Origin: Anaeramoeba ignava BMAN
Lineage: Eukaryota > Protista > Anaeramoebae
NCBI GenBank assembly: GCA_028826165.1
Contig: JAPDFW010000081.1
Coordinates: 1 to 64,000, forward strand
Reading direction: 5' to 3'
DNA length: 64,000 bases
Part shown: positions 23,401 to 36,480 of the stretch, piece by piece
How the letters are laid out: every line of letters begins with the position of its first letter
How positions within the stretch are numbered: the stretch's first letter is position 1
Notes under the pieces: generated by a model
Seen by the model: the letters and a program-made list of their open reading frames with translations, nothing else
Database searches by the model: none
Told to the model about the DNA's origin: nothing
Made by a program: the position numbers and the translations under genes

Positions 23401-26400
23401 AGCAGAATGTCAAGAAACTCGTCTTCAAACTCCTGCTCACTCTGATACAAGCTTGCGAAACCCATTTCCTCGATTCGTACAACATTTACTTCCAAAACCA
23501 GATGTTCAATTTATTGAGAACGCTAGTCACAAATCATCACGGCAAGACTGTAGTCAAAAACCTTTCCAACTTCATTTTTGAGGGTGTTTCTTCAAGCGGA
23601 TATTTCCAAGAACCAAAGCAGATCAAGCATATTCTCCATTTCTTCTATGTTCTTCTCGATTCTCGCCATTGCTCTTATATCGGTCTTTCCAAAAAGAAAA
23701 TACAGCTTAATATCGAGTTTCTTTTAAATAGCAATCAGTCAAACAGTTTTGAGCAAGCCAAAAAAATGGATATTCTGGAAAAGCTTTTTCTAAAAATTTA
23801 TCATCAAAACACAAGCGGTGATCATCACCAAACATTCTCCAAAATTGAGAATATTTTCCTCAAGTGCATTCATCCAAGACTTCATTTCCATTTCTTCAAT
23901 TTTTTCCTGGTTGCTTTCCAAAACCAGAGCAACTTCGATGACTACTCCCACAAATTCGGCGAAGTTTTCGTATCTGTTCTTGGAGATACTCATGCAAACA
24001 TTGAGGAAGCAACCGAATCAATAACACATCCGTTTGGCATCCATATCAATTTAACGGAGCTTAAAAAAATGATGATTTTACTATTCCCCAAAGTCATTTC
24101 CACTGACAAATTACTTGGTTTTTTTTTCAGTTCCTCTTTATCATCAATCCCCTTATTTATTTTGGTATTGAATCAGATTTTGCTGTTGGAATGGGAATTG
24201 CTTCTTTTGAATATCAAGAAAGTCAACAAAATAAAAGAAGAATTCATCGCGCAACTTTTCTTTTTATTCTGTTCTTTTTACAAAAAACTCAAAACCAAGC
24301 CATCAAAGAAATCAAGCAAATATTTAACCGAAGCAAATAAATTGGTGCTTAATTTTCTTTCCAAAAACCAAGATAAGTTTGGAATTCCGCCAAATTTCCA
24401 GCATGAAATTACCAATATCACAGAAAATTTTGTGAGTGATATCAAAGAAGGGAATGTTTGGTCGAGCTACCAAAAAACACTTTCTTCGCAGCTATTGGAG
24501 ATTTCGTATATTCTTTCGCAAAAAAACAGCATACAATGGTGGTCGTGGATCTGGAAGCAAACGCATCTAGAAAACTCTCAAGAATTATCCAGAATTCCAT
24601 TTATTTTCATCTGCCGCTATTCATTTGAAGTTATTGATAAAGAAGCTGCGCAGATTGACATGCAGTTTTACAAAGAGAAGGAAACGTTTCTTGAGCTAAT
24701 GAAAACAGATGCCTTCATCAAGCAAACGATCAACAATCTGGATCTCAAAGTTGTTTGGCAGTTTATCCAAAGAATTGTTTCTGATGATGAATATTATAAT
24801 ATTCTGAAGTATTTTGCTGGCTTTTGTTTTATGCAAGATTCGTCTTTATTCACCTATCCTTTTGCTCGCAAAATTACGAAATTCATTTCATCTTTTCCGG
24901 ACAATTTTCCTCAGAAGAGCGAGCTATTGAATCATTTGAATGAGAAGTTTAAATTTATTTCTAATCAAAATGAAAAGCAAAATGAAAATAATAAAAATAA
25001 TGAAAATGATGCGAATCAAATCCAAAAAATCAATATCCAAATTTTGGATCCTCAAATACTAAAACCACGCAATTTATTCAAATTCAATCTCTCTCTAAGC
25101 AAAAACCCAAACAAAATCCAAAATAATAAATTCGTCAACATAAAAATAAAATTTCGTATTGATAAAATCATGAAGGAAAAAGACCAGTTAATCGAAAAAT
25201 TCAATAAAACAATATTTCGCTATATTTTTTGTAATGCCATGAATACAGAAGAAATTAAGGAAATTTTGAACAACGAACAAGACGAACAGCAAGTGAAAAT
25301 GATATCTTTTCTACCAATGGTCATAACACTGACGAAAAACACAGATATAATCAAGACAATCCTCGAGACTGCAAACCAGCACATTCTTAATTTTGTTCAG
25401 AATCCCAAAGAAAAATTGCAAATATTGGGGTTTTATGAATGGAAAACATTATATCCGTTGCTTGAATCTGTCAAGCTATTTATCAAACATAACAGCATTT
25501 CTCAGCCTGAATTTGCACATATCGAGATTCTTAAACACGAAAATTTAGTTTTGCTCTGCATTAATATGTGTGTTCATTTGATTCAGAACTACAAATTCAA
25601 TTCAAAAATTTATCCGCAATTCACAGAAAACTTTCTCGAGATTGTGAATGTTGTTCTGAAAACAACACCCAATGCAGGGTTTATGGTGAAGCTGCTTGTG
25701 GTACTTCTTTCCAAGCTGACGCACCAAATATATCATGAGCACAGCAAATTCGGACTTTCTCAATTCGAAGAATATTACATTTCATATCAAGATCGAAAAG
25801 AGACAGAAGACGAAGATGAGAGTATCAATGATATCTATAACCAAAGCTTGCATTACTTCGCCTTGAAAATCATAGAAAACGATAAGAATTCACAAGCGCA
25901 AGAGAAAATGTTTTCTGGATACTGTTCAACCAGTCCAAACGAACCTATTCCTTATTTGATGCATAAAGTCATTGTCTCCGTTTTGCGCACAGATATTTCC
26001 TCTGTTCTTCAAAATAGGAGCTTGTTTCAACATATTTTCTGCACTGATATCGAGGATATGACGATCAAGGAATCGCCTTTGCTTGAGCTTGATGAGCCAG
26101 TTCAAACAATTGAGAGAATTGTCAATTTCATCAACAATATTGGATTCCGCTCGCAAAATGAATTCATGTTGATTTGGAACAGTATTTTTAAATTGATTGA
26201 AATTAAATCCTTTGCTCATCAAATCCAGTTTCTTGAAAATTACGAAAAGGTTCTTGTGCTGCTCATTCGCGCGCTGTCTTCCTTGATTGTTTTGTTTATC
26301 AAGGAAGATTTTGGCGATCCTCAATCGCTCTGGCTTTATTCTCCGCGCAAAAAGAACTATGATTTTTTGCGCAAAAAAGAAGGACAGGAGCTATCTTTTC

Positions 26401-29174
26401 TTCACTACATCATTGACCAAGGTTTGTTTGAATTGTGTCAGCCATTCTTACCTGTTTTTTATCACCAATACTATTCTGTATTCCTCAAAAATAGCACTTT
26501 GTATGATCCCTTTAATCGGCATGAATTGTTTTTCATAAGTTCTGAAAAAAGTGAAGAAATCAAAGATGTTTTCCATGAAATTGAAGATGAATTAAGAACC
26601 AATTTTCCAATTGTTGAAAACAATAGGTATTAATATAACAAAATCAATTAAAATTAAAATCTAAATCAATTAAAATTAAAATCAATCAAAATTAAAATCA
26701 ATTAAAATTAAAATCAATCAAAATTAAAATCAAAATTAAAATCAAAATCAAAATAAAAATCAAAATAAATTAAAATTAAAATCAATTAAAATCAAAATTA
26801 AAATTAAAATCAAAATTAAAATTAAAATCAAAATCAAAATCAAAATTAAAATCAAAATCAAAATCAAAATAAAAATTAAAATTAAAATAAATTAAAATCA
26901 AAATCAAAATCAAAATTAAAATCAAAATCAATTAAAATCAAAATCAATTAAAATTAAAATCAAAATCAAAATAAAAATTAAAATAAAAATTAAAATCAAA
27001 ATCAAAATCAAAATTAAAATTAAAATCAAAATAAAAATCAATTAAAATTAAAATCAAATTAAAATCAAATTAAAATCAAAAACAAAATCAAAATCAAAAT
27101 TAAAATCAAAATTAAAATCAAAATTAAAATTAAAATCAAAATTAAAATTAAAATCAAATTAAAATCAAAATTAAAATCAAAATTAAAATCAAAATCAAAA
27201 TCAAAATCAATTAAAATTAAAATTAAAATCAAAATTAAAATTAAAATTAAAATCAAATTAAAATCAAAATCAAAATCAAAATAAAAATAAAAATCAAAAT
27301 CAAAATCAATTAAAATCAAAATCAATTAAAATTAAAATCAAAATCAAAATCAAAATTAAAATAAAAATTAAAATCAAAATCAATCAAAATCAAAATCAAA
27401 ATTAAAATCAAAAATAAATCAAAATCAAAATTAAAATCAAAATCAATCAAAATCAAAATCAAAATTAAAATCAAAAATAAATCAAAATCAAAATTAAAAT
27501 AAAAATCAAAATTAAAATCAAAATTAAAATCAAAATTAAAATCAAAATAAAAATCAAAATCAAAATCAAAATCAAAATTAAAATTAAAATTAAAATTAAA
27601 ATTAAAATTAAAATCAAAATTAAAATCAAAATCAAAATAAAAATCAAAATAAAATTAAAATCAAAATTAATTTATTTATTATTAGATTCTCAAACTTACT
27701 CAAATCTCCTTTTAATTACAATCTGGAAAGACCTTTTGGTTATGAAAGAACCAAATTTGAAAATCACCAGATCCGAATCAAAAGAATCATGTACCGATTC
27801 CGGAAACAATTAAAATTCCAAGAAATCGATATTCGAAACTACATCACTAGTTTCCTTGATTTACTTGAATATTTCATTCGGCAAAGAGTAAGATTTTCAT
27901 CATCAACAATTATTCGGGAATCCTTTCATTCGGTGCTTGTTATCAGTGATCTGTTCAACTCGGAGCAATTTGTGCGGATGATCTCACTATTTGCGCAGAT
28001 TTTGGATTCGACAAGTGATGATGATTATGTCACGAGACCTTTGCTGATTCTTGGGATTTGCAAAGCTGTCTCTGTTCTTGACAAACAACTTGAGTCGTAT
28101 TCTGTTTTTGATATTGATCTCTTCACCTTTTTAACGGAATCAATGAAAAGTGAACACGAGGAAATCAAGCTTGCCGCTCTTCAAGGATTGCTTTATTTGA
28201 TTGAGGAAAAATCAGGATTCATTACTTTTGGATTGATCAACTTTCTTTTTGCATTCTTGATCCAGAACCTAAAAGAAAACGAAATGGAGCAAATTCGGTT
28301 GCACTTGCTTTCTGTTTCCTTTCTGCTTGCGGAGGTGTTCCATCAGCAGGCAGAGGAAGCTGGATTTACAAGGCAAGTGATCATGCTGTGCATTGATGTT
28401 GTGGAAAGAAAAAGAGCCAGTTTTGAAGAGTTTCATTGCATCTTCCGCGGATTTGAGAAGTTGGTTGTTTCCTTTACCATTTCGCATGCGAACCGCAAGT
28501 TGGTTAGTTCGTTGGTGAATCTGGAAATGGAAGAAGATGAACTTAAATATTCCTTAGTGTTTTTGCGGTTTTTGTTGACAATCTCTTTTACCGAAAACAA
28601 GGAAAACAACAACAAGGAAAAAAGTCCGATTTCTTACATAATGAACTATATGATCGAGAAGATTAGCAATTATCATAGTTTTGAAGGAGAAATAATTTCG
28701 CGAATTCTCCCGAAATTTGTTTTTGGGGTTGTTTCTTGTGACGCATTCATTTCCTTGCTTATCAATCAAATGTTTGATGTCAAAACTGAATATCCTGTTT
28801 TGATTTCGCGCGTTTTATTCAGCTTAACAAGTTATATTTTTAATCAGAGCCCGAATCAGCACACGCTTGTTGGAAATGAAAATATGAATCAAGTTATTTT
28901 GTATTTTGTTGAGTCCATTTTATCCAAAAAATTTTTCACTAAAAATTTGTGGTGTTTGTGTTCTGTATTTGTTTGTTCTTCCCCTATTCCTAGGATACGT
29001 ATGCTTTATTTTAAATTGCTTGAAATGAATTATTCTATTAGTAGTCATGATCAAATACTTGAGATATTTCAAATTGCCGAATTAGATTTTATTCAAAGAA
29101 TACCATTGAAGGAAGGAATGAAATTAATTGAGAAATTAAATGAATGGAAGAAGAAGAATATTATTCGATTATGA
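20427..29174 (+). CDS. HTT: Huntingtin homologue (HEAT-repeat scaffold, ~2562 aa, 2 exons)
   Basis: ATG 20427 (MDWNK); exons 20427-26626 and 27686-29174 with a phase-2 GT-AG intron. Motifs match huntingtin from memory: LTLAINLLLQSTEYSDANIRMTVVECLTRILK (cf. [32 protein letters not shown]), ISRNCAYGLAAICVHSK, INNIGFRSQNEFMLIWNSIF (cf. [20 protein letters not shown]), IDIRNYITSFLDL..ESFHSVLVISDLF..DDDYVTRPLLILGICKAVSVL (cf. [46 protein letters not shown]). Confidence 0.9.
26640..27670 (+). repeat. Intronic (AAAATC/AAAATT)n microsatellite
   Basis: Fills the single huntingtin intron 26627-27685. Confidence 0.95.
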
Positions 29175-29189
29175 TTAAAAAAAATTTTA

Positions 29190-30740
29190 TTTAGAATTTG
29201 ATTTAGATATTAATTTAGAAATTTAATTTAGAATTTAATTTAGAATTTAATTTAGAATTTAATTTAGAATTTAATTTAGAATTTAATTTAAATATTAATT
29301 TAGAATTTAATTTAGATATTAATTTAAATATTAATTTAAATATTGATTTACAATTTATTTACAATTTATTTACAATTTATTTACATATTTAATTTGATTT
29401 AAATATTGATTTAAATATTGATTTAAAAATTAATTTAAATATTTATTTAAATATTGATTTAAATTTATTTTAGAATTTATTTAAATTTATTTTACAATTT
29501 ATTTTAAAAATTAATTTAAATATTGATTTAAATATTTGATTTAAATATTTGATTTTAAATATTTGATTTAAATATTTGATTTAAATATTAATTTAAATAT
29601 TGATTTAAATATATTGATTTAAATATTGATTTAAATATTTGATTTAAAATATTGATTTAAATATTTGATTAAAATATTGATTTAAATATTAATTTAAATA
29701 TTGATTTAAATATTGATTTAAATATTGATTTAAATATTAATTTAAATATTAATTTAAATATTAATTTAAATATTAATTTAAATATTAATTTAAATATTGA
29801 TTTAAATATTGATTTAAATATTGATTTAAATATTAATTTTAAATATTTGATTTAAATATTAATTTTAAAAATATTTGATTTTAAATATTGATTTAAATAT
29901 TATTAATTTAAATATTAATTAAAATATTAATTTAAATATTGATTTAAATATTGATTTAAATATTGATTTAAATATTAATTTAAATATTAATTTAAATATT
30001 AATTTAAATATTGATTTAAATATTAATTTAAATATTAATTTTAAATATTAATTTAAATATTAATTTAAATATTAATTTAAATATTGATTTAAATATTGAT
30101 TTAAATATTGATTTAAATATTGATTTAAATATTGATTTTAAATATTGATTTAAATATTAATTTAAATATTAATTTAAATATTAATTTAAATATTAATTTA
30201 AATATTATTAATTTAAATATTGATTTAAATATTAATTTAAATATTGATTTAAATATTGATTTAAATATTGATTTAAATATTGATTTAAATATTGATTTAA
30301 ATATTGATTTAAATATTGATTTAAATATTGATTTAAATATTGATTTAAATATTGATTTAAATATTGATTTAAATATTGATTTTAAATATTGATTTAAATA
30401 TTGATTTAAATATTTGATTTAAATATTGATTTAAATATTGATTTAAATATTAATTTAAATATTGATTTAAATATTGATTTAAATATTAATTTAAATATTT
30501 GATTTACAATTTATTTAAATTAATTTAAATATTGATTTAAATATTAATTTAAATATTTGATTAAATATTTGATTTAAATATTGATTTAAATATTGATTTA
30601 AATATTAATTTAAATATTGATTTAAATATTGATTAAAATATTGATTTAAATATTGATTTACAAATTGATTTAAATATTGATTTAAATATTTATTTAAATA
30701 TTGATTTAAATATTGATTTAAATATTGAATTAAATATTTA
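29190..30740 (+). repeat. Intergenic 12-bp satellite (TTTAAATATTGA/TTTAAATATTAA)n
   Basis: Over 100 degenerate 11-13-mers directly after the huntingtin stop. Confidence 0.95.
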
Positions 30741-30980
30741 TTAAAAAGATTTTTGTTCATCTTCTTTCAATGTCAATATGTTTCAATGATTTAAAATAAA
30801 TTCTGTTATTTTATTTTTCTCTTTATTTCTTTATTTCTTTTTTTGAATAAAATAATTCAAATTATTTATTTTGGATTTAAAGAAAGTAAACAAAATAAGA
30901 TTTTTGTTGATTTAAAAAAAAAAAAGATCAAAAAAAATTTTTTTCATTTTTTTCTTTTTATTTTTCTTTTTCTTTTTAAA

Positions 30981-32860
30981 ATGAATTACCATTTCTTTTT
31001 GTTTGTTTTTTTTATTTTTATTTTTATTTTTGTTTTTGTTGTTTCAACAGAACCTTTCACAGAAAATGAAATTGAATTATTATTTTCGAAATTCAAAACA
31101 GATTATAAAAAAAGTTATTTAAATCCAAACGAAGAAGCTTATCGAAAATCAATTTTTGAAGAAAACCTAAAGTTTGTGCAAGAACATAACTCAGATCCAA
31201 CTAAAACTTATAAAAGTAATCCCCAATTAATTAATTAAAATTTTTTTTCAATTAAAATTTTTTTTCAATTAAAATTTCTTTTTGTTTTTTGATCTTTTTT
31301 TAAATTTTTAAAAAAAAAAAAATTAAATTTAAAAAAATAGTTGGAATCAATAAATTTAGTGATTTAACTTATGAAGAATTTTCATCAATGTATTTGAATC
31401 CAATAGTAAACAGACCAATGGAGAAACATGAATTTAAACAAGAATTAAATTTAGAAGATAAATCTAATAATAATAATAAAAATAAAATGAAAGGAGGTTT
31501 AAAATCAAATCCAGCAAATGTAGATTGGAGAATGGATTATGTAACTGATATCAAAGATCAAAAAGATTGTGGGAGTTGTTGGGCTTTTAGCGGTACTGAA
31601 GTGATTGAAAGTGCACTTGCTAAAGATACAGGTGTTCTTATTGAATTAGCACCTCAAGAAGCTCTTTCTTGCACTTATAAAGATTCTAATTCTACAAATC
31701 CAAATGTAACTGATGGATATGTTGAAGTTCCATCAGATTGGATCGGTGATGGTTGGGAAACAGGATGTGATGGAGGAAATGCTTGTCATATTTTTGAATT
31801 ATATGCTTCATCCAAAACAATCACTTCAGCTAAGTTATATCCTTATGTTGAGGCTGATGAAATTTGTCAAACTCATACAACTTATGCTGAATTAAGTTCA
31901 GATGAAGTTTATAGTTTTGGTTGTGTTAAAACATCAGAAGGACTGTTGGAAACATTAGTTGCAAATAATGGACCTGTTAGTGTCTCTGTTTATGCTTCAT
32001 ACACATTTGAACATTATATAAGTGGAGCTTATGCCAATACAGATTGCTATGAAGGTGGAGATACAAATCATGCAGTTAATGTTGTTGGATATCTCAATAG
32101 AGATTTTCTTGGTTTTACGGTTTGGATTGTTAGAAACAGTTGGGGAGATGATTGGGGACAAAATGGATACATTTATGTTCGTAAAGATATAACAAGTTAT
32201 GGCGGCACAAGTTTTCTTTATGGAATGTGTAATATTGGAAAGTCTCTTATTCAACCTCAAAAACCTATTACATCAACATTAAGTTCATTTGGACCTGTTT
32301 CTAATTTTGATTGTTCAAACACTTCAACTTCATGGAGTTGTTCTTGGGATTCACTTGTTGGAGCAACTTCTTATAGAATTTATCATAGTAGTGATGGAAC
32401 AAAATGGAATGCAATTATGAATGAAACAACAAGTACAAGTTTTGGAAATACTGAAGATCCAACAAATGTTTATGTTGCAGTTAGACCAATGAAATCTACT
32501 TCAAATTATAATCAATATGGAGTTTTGACTGATTGGGTTCCAATTATTACACCATCACCAACTCCTACTCCAACACCAACACCAACACCAACACCAACTC
32601 CTACTCCAACACCAACACCAACACCAACTCCAACACCAACACCAACACCAACACCAACACCAACACCTACTCCAAATGAAACTCAAACTTCTTCCATAAA
32701 TACAACAATGATTGCTGTTGTTGTTAGTGTTCCTGTTGTTGTAATTGCTTTCGTTATGATAATTTTAATAAAAAGACATAAAAAGAAAACATCCTATAGG
32801 TTTCAACATCAGAAAAAGAACTTAAAAACCTTTAAGAAAGCAAATTATTTTTCTTTTTGA
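30981..32860 (+). CDS. Papain-family (C1A) cysteine protease: signal, I29 prodomain, catalytic domain, FN3-like domain, (PT)n stalk, TM and tail (copy 1)
   Basis: Exons 30981-31215 and 31341-32860. ERFNIN-like [51 protein letters not shown]; FN3-like SWDSLVGATSYRIYHSSDG; [22 protein letters not shown]. The tail has a 1-nt frameshift relative to copy 2. Confidence 0.93.
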
Positions 32861-32869
32861 TTTTGATTA

Positions 32870-33730
32870 ATAAATTGATTTTTGATTTTGAAATTGATTT
32901 TGATTTTGATTGATTTTGTTTTTGATTTTGATTTTGATTTTGATTTTGAATTTGATTTTAATTTTGAATTTTGATTTTGATTTTCAATTTGATTTAGAAT
33001 TTGATTTTGATTTTCAATTTAATTTTGATTTTGATTTTAATTTTGATTTTGATTTTTAATTTTGATTTTGATTTTGATTTTGATTTTTGATTTTGATTTT
33101 GATTTTTATTTTGATTTTGATTTTGATTTTGATTTTGATTTTGATTTTTGATTTTGATTTTGATTTTGATTTTTGATTTTGATTTTTGATTTTGATTTTG
33201 ATTTTTGATTTTGATTTTTGATTTTGATTTTTGATTTTGATTTTGATTTTGATTTTTGATTTTGAATTGAATTGATTTTGATTTTGATTTTGATTTTTTG
33301 ATTTTGATTTTGATTTTGATTTTGATTTTGATTTTGATTTTGATTTTGATTTTAATTTTGATTTTGATTTTGATTTTGATTTTAATTTTGATTTTGATTT
33401 TGATTTTTAATTTTGATTTTGATTTTGATTTTCAAATTGATTTTGATTAATAAATTGATTTTGATTTTGATTTTGAATTTGATTTTGATTTTGATTTAGA
33501 TTTTGATTTTAATTTTGATTTTGATTTTGATTTTGATTTTGATTTTGATTTTGATTTTGATTTTGATTTTGATTTTGATAAATTGATTTTGATTTTGATT
33601 TTGATTTTGATTTTGATTTTGATTTTGATTTTGATTTTGATTTTGATTTTGACTTTGATTTTGATTTTGATTTAGATTTTGATTTTCTTTTTGATTTAGA
33701 TTTTGAATTTTGATTTTGATTTTCATTTTT
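32870..33730 (+). repeat. (GATTTT)n microsatellite
   Basis: Hexamer run between protease copy 1 and the metalloprotease. Confidence 0.95.
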
Positions 33731-33777
33731 CATTTTTCATTTTTCATTTTTTTTTTATTCTTTTTGTTTTTTTTTCA

Positions 33778-35505
33778 ATGAAAAATTATTTTGTTTCATT
33801 TCTTTTTGTTTTTTCTTTTTTTATTGTTATATTTGCCTCTTCAACTCATTTTGACAGAAACAACTTAGAAAGAAGAGCCACAGAAAGTAAAAGAGTTTAT
33901 CCCCTGTTTGCAGAGAAAGAAATAAAACTATTTCCAGAAGAAGTTATGAACAGCAACGATTTATTAAAAAGTTCTAAACGCTTGCGAAGTGTAGAATTAA
34001 CACCACAAATAACAACAGAAGGGTTGATCGAGGTTGGAGATGAAATTTTATTGGAATTGTTCACTGACGCAGTACATGAAGCAACTGTAGATAAAATTTC
34101 GGTTGATGTTCTTGGAACTTTTTGTGTGCGTGCACGTGTGAAGGATTCAGATTTTGGGTATATTATCATTACAACAAACGCGGGAAAGAGTTTGGCATCA
34201 ATTGAGGTTCCTGATCAGAAACAGCGGTTCATGATTGTTTACAACAATCTGGCAAATTCGCATTTTGTAATGGAAATTGATCCATCCAAAGAAGATGTTT
34301 TAGAACCACTTTCAGCTCCTATTCCGGAATCCGAAGTAGTGAACAAAGCGAGCAATAGGAATGAAATGCCGAGTCTAAGGTCGGTGTTGCCGGGAGCGGG
34401 TGTAGACGATCCAGCAACAATTGATGTGATGGTTGTATACACAGCAGCAGCAAAGTCATGGGCCGATTCAAATCAAGGAGGAATCAGCAACACAATATCT
34501 CTTTCTATGGCAAACGCTCAATTGGGAAACGACAACAGTCAAACACAAGTCACAATGACACTTGTTCATTCCGCACAAGTTTCATATACTGAAACTGGGA
34601 ATACTTCCTTAGATTTGTATCGGCTCACCGACCCAAGCGATGGATATCTTGATGAAGTGCAAACCTTGAGAGACTCATACGCAGCTGATATTGTTGGTTT
34701 GTTTGAGCTTATATCCGACACTGGTGGTCTTGGTTGGCTTCTTAGCTATGCGCCAGGTATGCCCGATTATGCTTACAGTATTTCAAGAGTCCAGCAAGTT
34801 GGTACAACATTCACTTTCATCCACGAAATGGGACACAATATGGGTTTGCATCACGCCAAAAATCAGCTTGTTCAACCCGGTCCGGGGCTCTTTACTTACT
34901 CAGCTGGTTGGAGATGGACTGGAACCGATTCTGGCAAATATTGTGATATCATGACATATGAAGATGGAATTTATTTTTCTGATGGAATTACTCACACTCG
35001 AGTTGCATTGTTTTCAACACCTTTAATCACATATCAAGGTGTTGCTGCAGGTGATGCAGTTGATGGAGATAATAGAAGAGACATCCGAGAAGTCAAACAC
35101 ACGATTGCTGCTTACAGAACATCACTAACGCCAACACCAACTCCACCACCAACTCCAACACCAACTCCAACTCCAACACCAACTCCTACACCAACTCCAA
35201 CACCAACTCCAACTCCAACACCAACACCAACACCTACTCCAACACCTACTCCTACTCCAACACCAACACCAACACCAACTCCAACTCCAACTCCAACTCC
35301 TACTCCATCTTCATCTTCATCTTCAACTCCAAGTACAATTCCAATTAAAGTTGAAACTTCTTCCACAAATACAACAATAGCTGCTGTTGTTGTTGGTGTT
35401 CTTGTTGTTGTAATTGCTTTCGTTATGATAATTTTAATAAAAAGACATAAAAAGAAAACATCCTATAGGTATCCAACATCAGAAAAAGAACTTCAAAATC
35501 TTTAA
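33778..35505 (+). CDS. Metzincin zinc metalloprotease (bacterial-type reprolysin/M12B-like) with signal peptide, (PT)n stalk, TM and tail; intronless, 575 aa
   Basis: ATG 33778 [22 protein letters not shown]; [31 protein letters not shown] (HExxHxxGxxH), Met-turn CDIMTY, FSTP. C-terminus is nearly identical to protease copy 2. Confidence 0.92.
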   Translation: MKNYFVSFLFVFSFFIVIFASSTHFDRNNLERRATESKRVYPLFAEKEIKLFPEEVMNSNDLLKSSKRLRSVELTPQITTEGLIEVGDEILLELFTDAVHEATVDKISVDVLGTFCVRARVKDSDFGYIIITTNAGKSLASIEVPDQKQRFMIVYNNLANSHFVMEIDPSKEDVLEPLSAPIPESEVVNKASNRNEMPSLRSVLPGAGVDDPATIDVMVVYTAAAKSWADSNQGGISNTISLSMANAQLGNDNSQTQVTMTLVHSAQVSYTETGNTSLDLYRLTDPSDGYLDEVQTLRDSYAADIVGLFELISDTGGLGWLLSYAPGMPDYAYSISRVQQVGTTFTFIHEMGHNMGLHHAKNQLVQPGPGLFTYSAGWRWTGTDSGKYCDIMTYEDGIYFSDGITHTRVALFSTPLITYQGVAAGDAVDGDNRRDIREVKHTIAAYRTSLTPTPTPPPTPTPTPTPTPTPTPTPTPTPTPTPTPTPTPTPTPTPTPTPTPTPTPTPTPTPSSSSSSTPSTIPIKVETSSTNTTIAAVVVGVLVVVIAFVMIILIKRHKKKTSYRYPTSEKELQNL

Positions 35506-36195
35506 GGAAAGAAAATCACTTTTTATTCCAATGCTTCATTTTAAAATTGATTTTGAATTTGAATTTGATTTTGATTTTGATTTTCAATTTGATTTTGATT
35601 TTGATTTTGATTTTCAATTTGATTTTGATTTTGATTTTGATTTTGATTTTCATTTTCAATTTGATTTTGATTTCTTTTCTTTCGGGTTATAAACCAAAAT
35701 TTCAATAAAAAGAACAAGAATTCATTTCACAAAATTTTTTGGATTTTATTTTTAATTTGAATTTGATTTGAATTTGATTTTGAATTTGATTTTGAATTTA
35801 AATTTAAATTTGAATTTGATTTTACTTGATTTTACTTGATTTTACTTGTTTTCTAATTCAATTTTCATCTTTGCTTTTTTTTTTGTTGTTTGAAAATAAA
35901 AGAAATTATTAATTTATTAATTTGTTAATTTGTTAATTTAAATAAAGATATTTTCATTTAATCTTTTATTATTATTATTAAATAAAAAAAATAAATTTTT
36001 CTTTTTAAATTTTTTTTTTAATTTTTTTTTTTTTGATGAAAGGAATGAATTAAAAAGAAAAAATTTTTTTTAATTTAAAATTTAACCCAAATAATAATTA
36101 ATAAATAAATAATAAATAATTAATTAATTAATAAACAAATAAATAAACAAATTAATAAATAATAGAAAGAAATTTAATTTGATCAATAAAATTTT

Positions 36196-36203
36196 ACGTG
36201 TCA
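36196..36203 (+). promoter_or_regulatory. ACGTGTCA (G-box/CRE-like core) ~260-300 bp upstream of protease copies 2, 3 and 4 (also 40153-40160, 43471-43478)
   Basis: The only CpG-containing word in the otherwise almost pure-AT proximal upstream DNA; retained in three paralogous promoters. May simply reflect recent duplication. Confidence 0.3.
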
Positions 36204-36480
36204 TTAAAATATTAAATTAATTTTAATTTTAATTATAGTTTTAATTTTAATTATTTTCTTATTTGATCAAATTATTAAATAAGTTAATCATCAATTTAAT
36301 TTATTTTAATTTAATTTAATTTAATTTAATTTAATTTAAATTCTTTTATTTTAATTTAATTTAATTTATTTGTTTTTTTTTGTGGATTTTTTTTGGGTTT
36401 TTTTGTTTAATAAATTTTTAAATGATTGAACTTCATTTTTATTTTTGGTTTTTAATTTTGATTTTGGTTTTTAATCAAAA

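Noticed and set aside
35469-35476. GTATCCAA (also at 39216) as a possible U12-type 5' splice site in the protease tails
   Set aside because: It lacks the TT at +7/+8, I saw no TTCCTTRAC branch site downstream, copy 1 lacks it, and the frame ends naturally. None of the introns I mapped in this window is U12-type.
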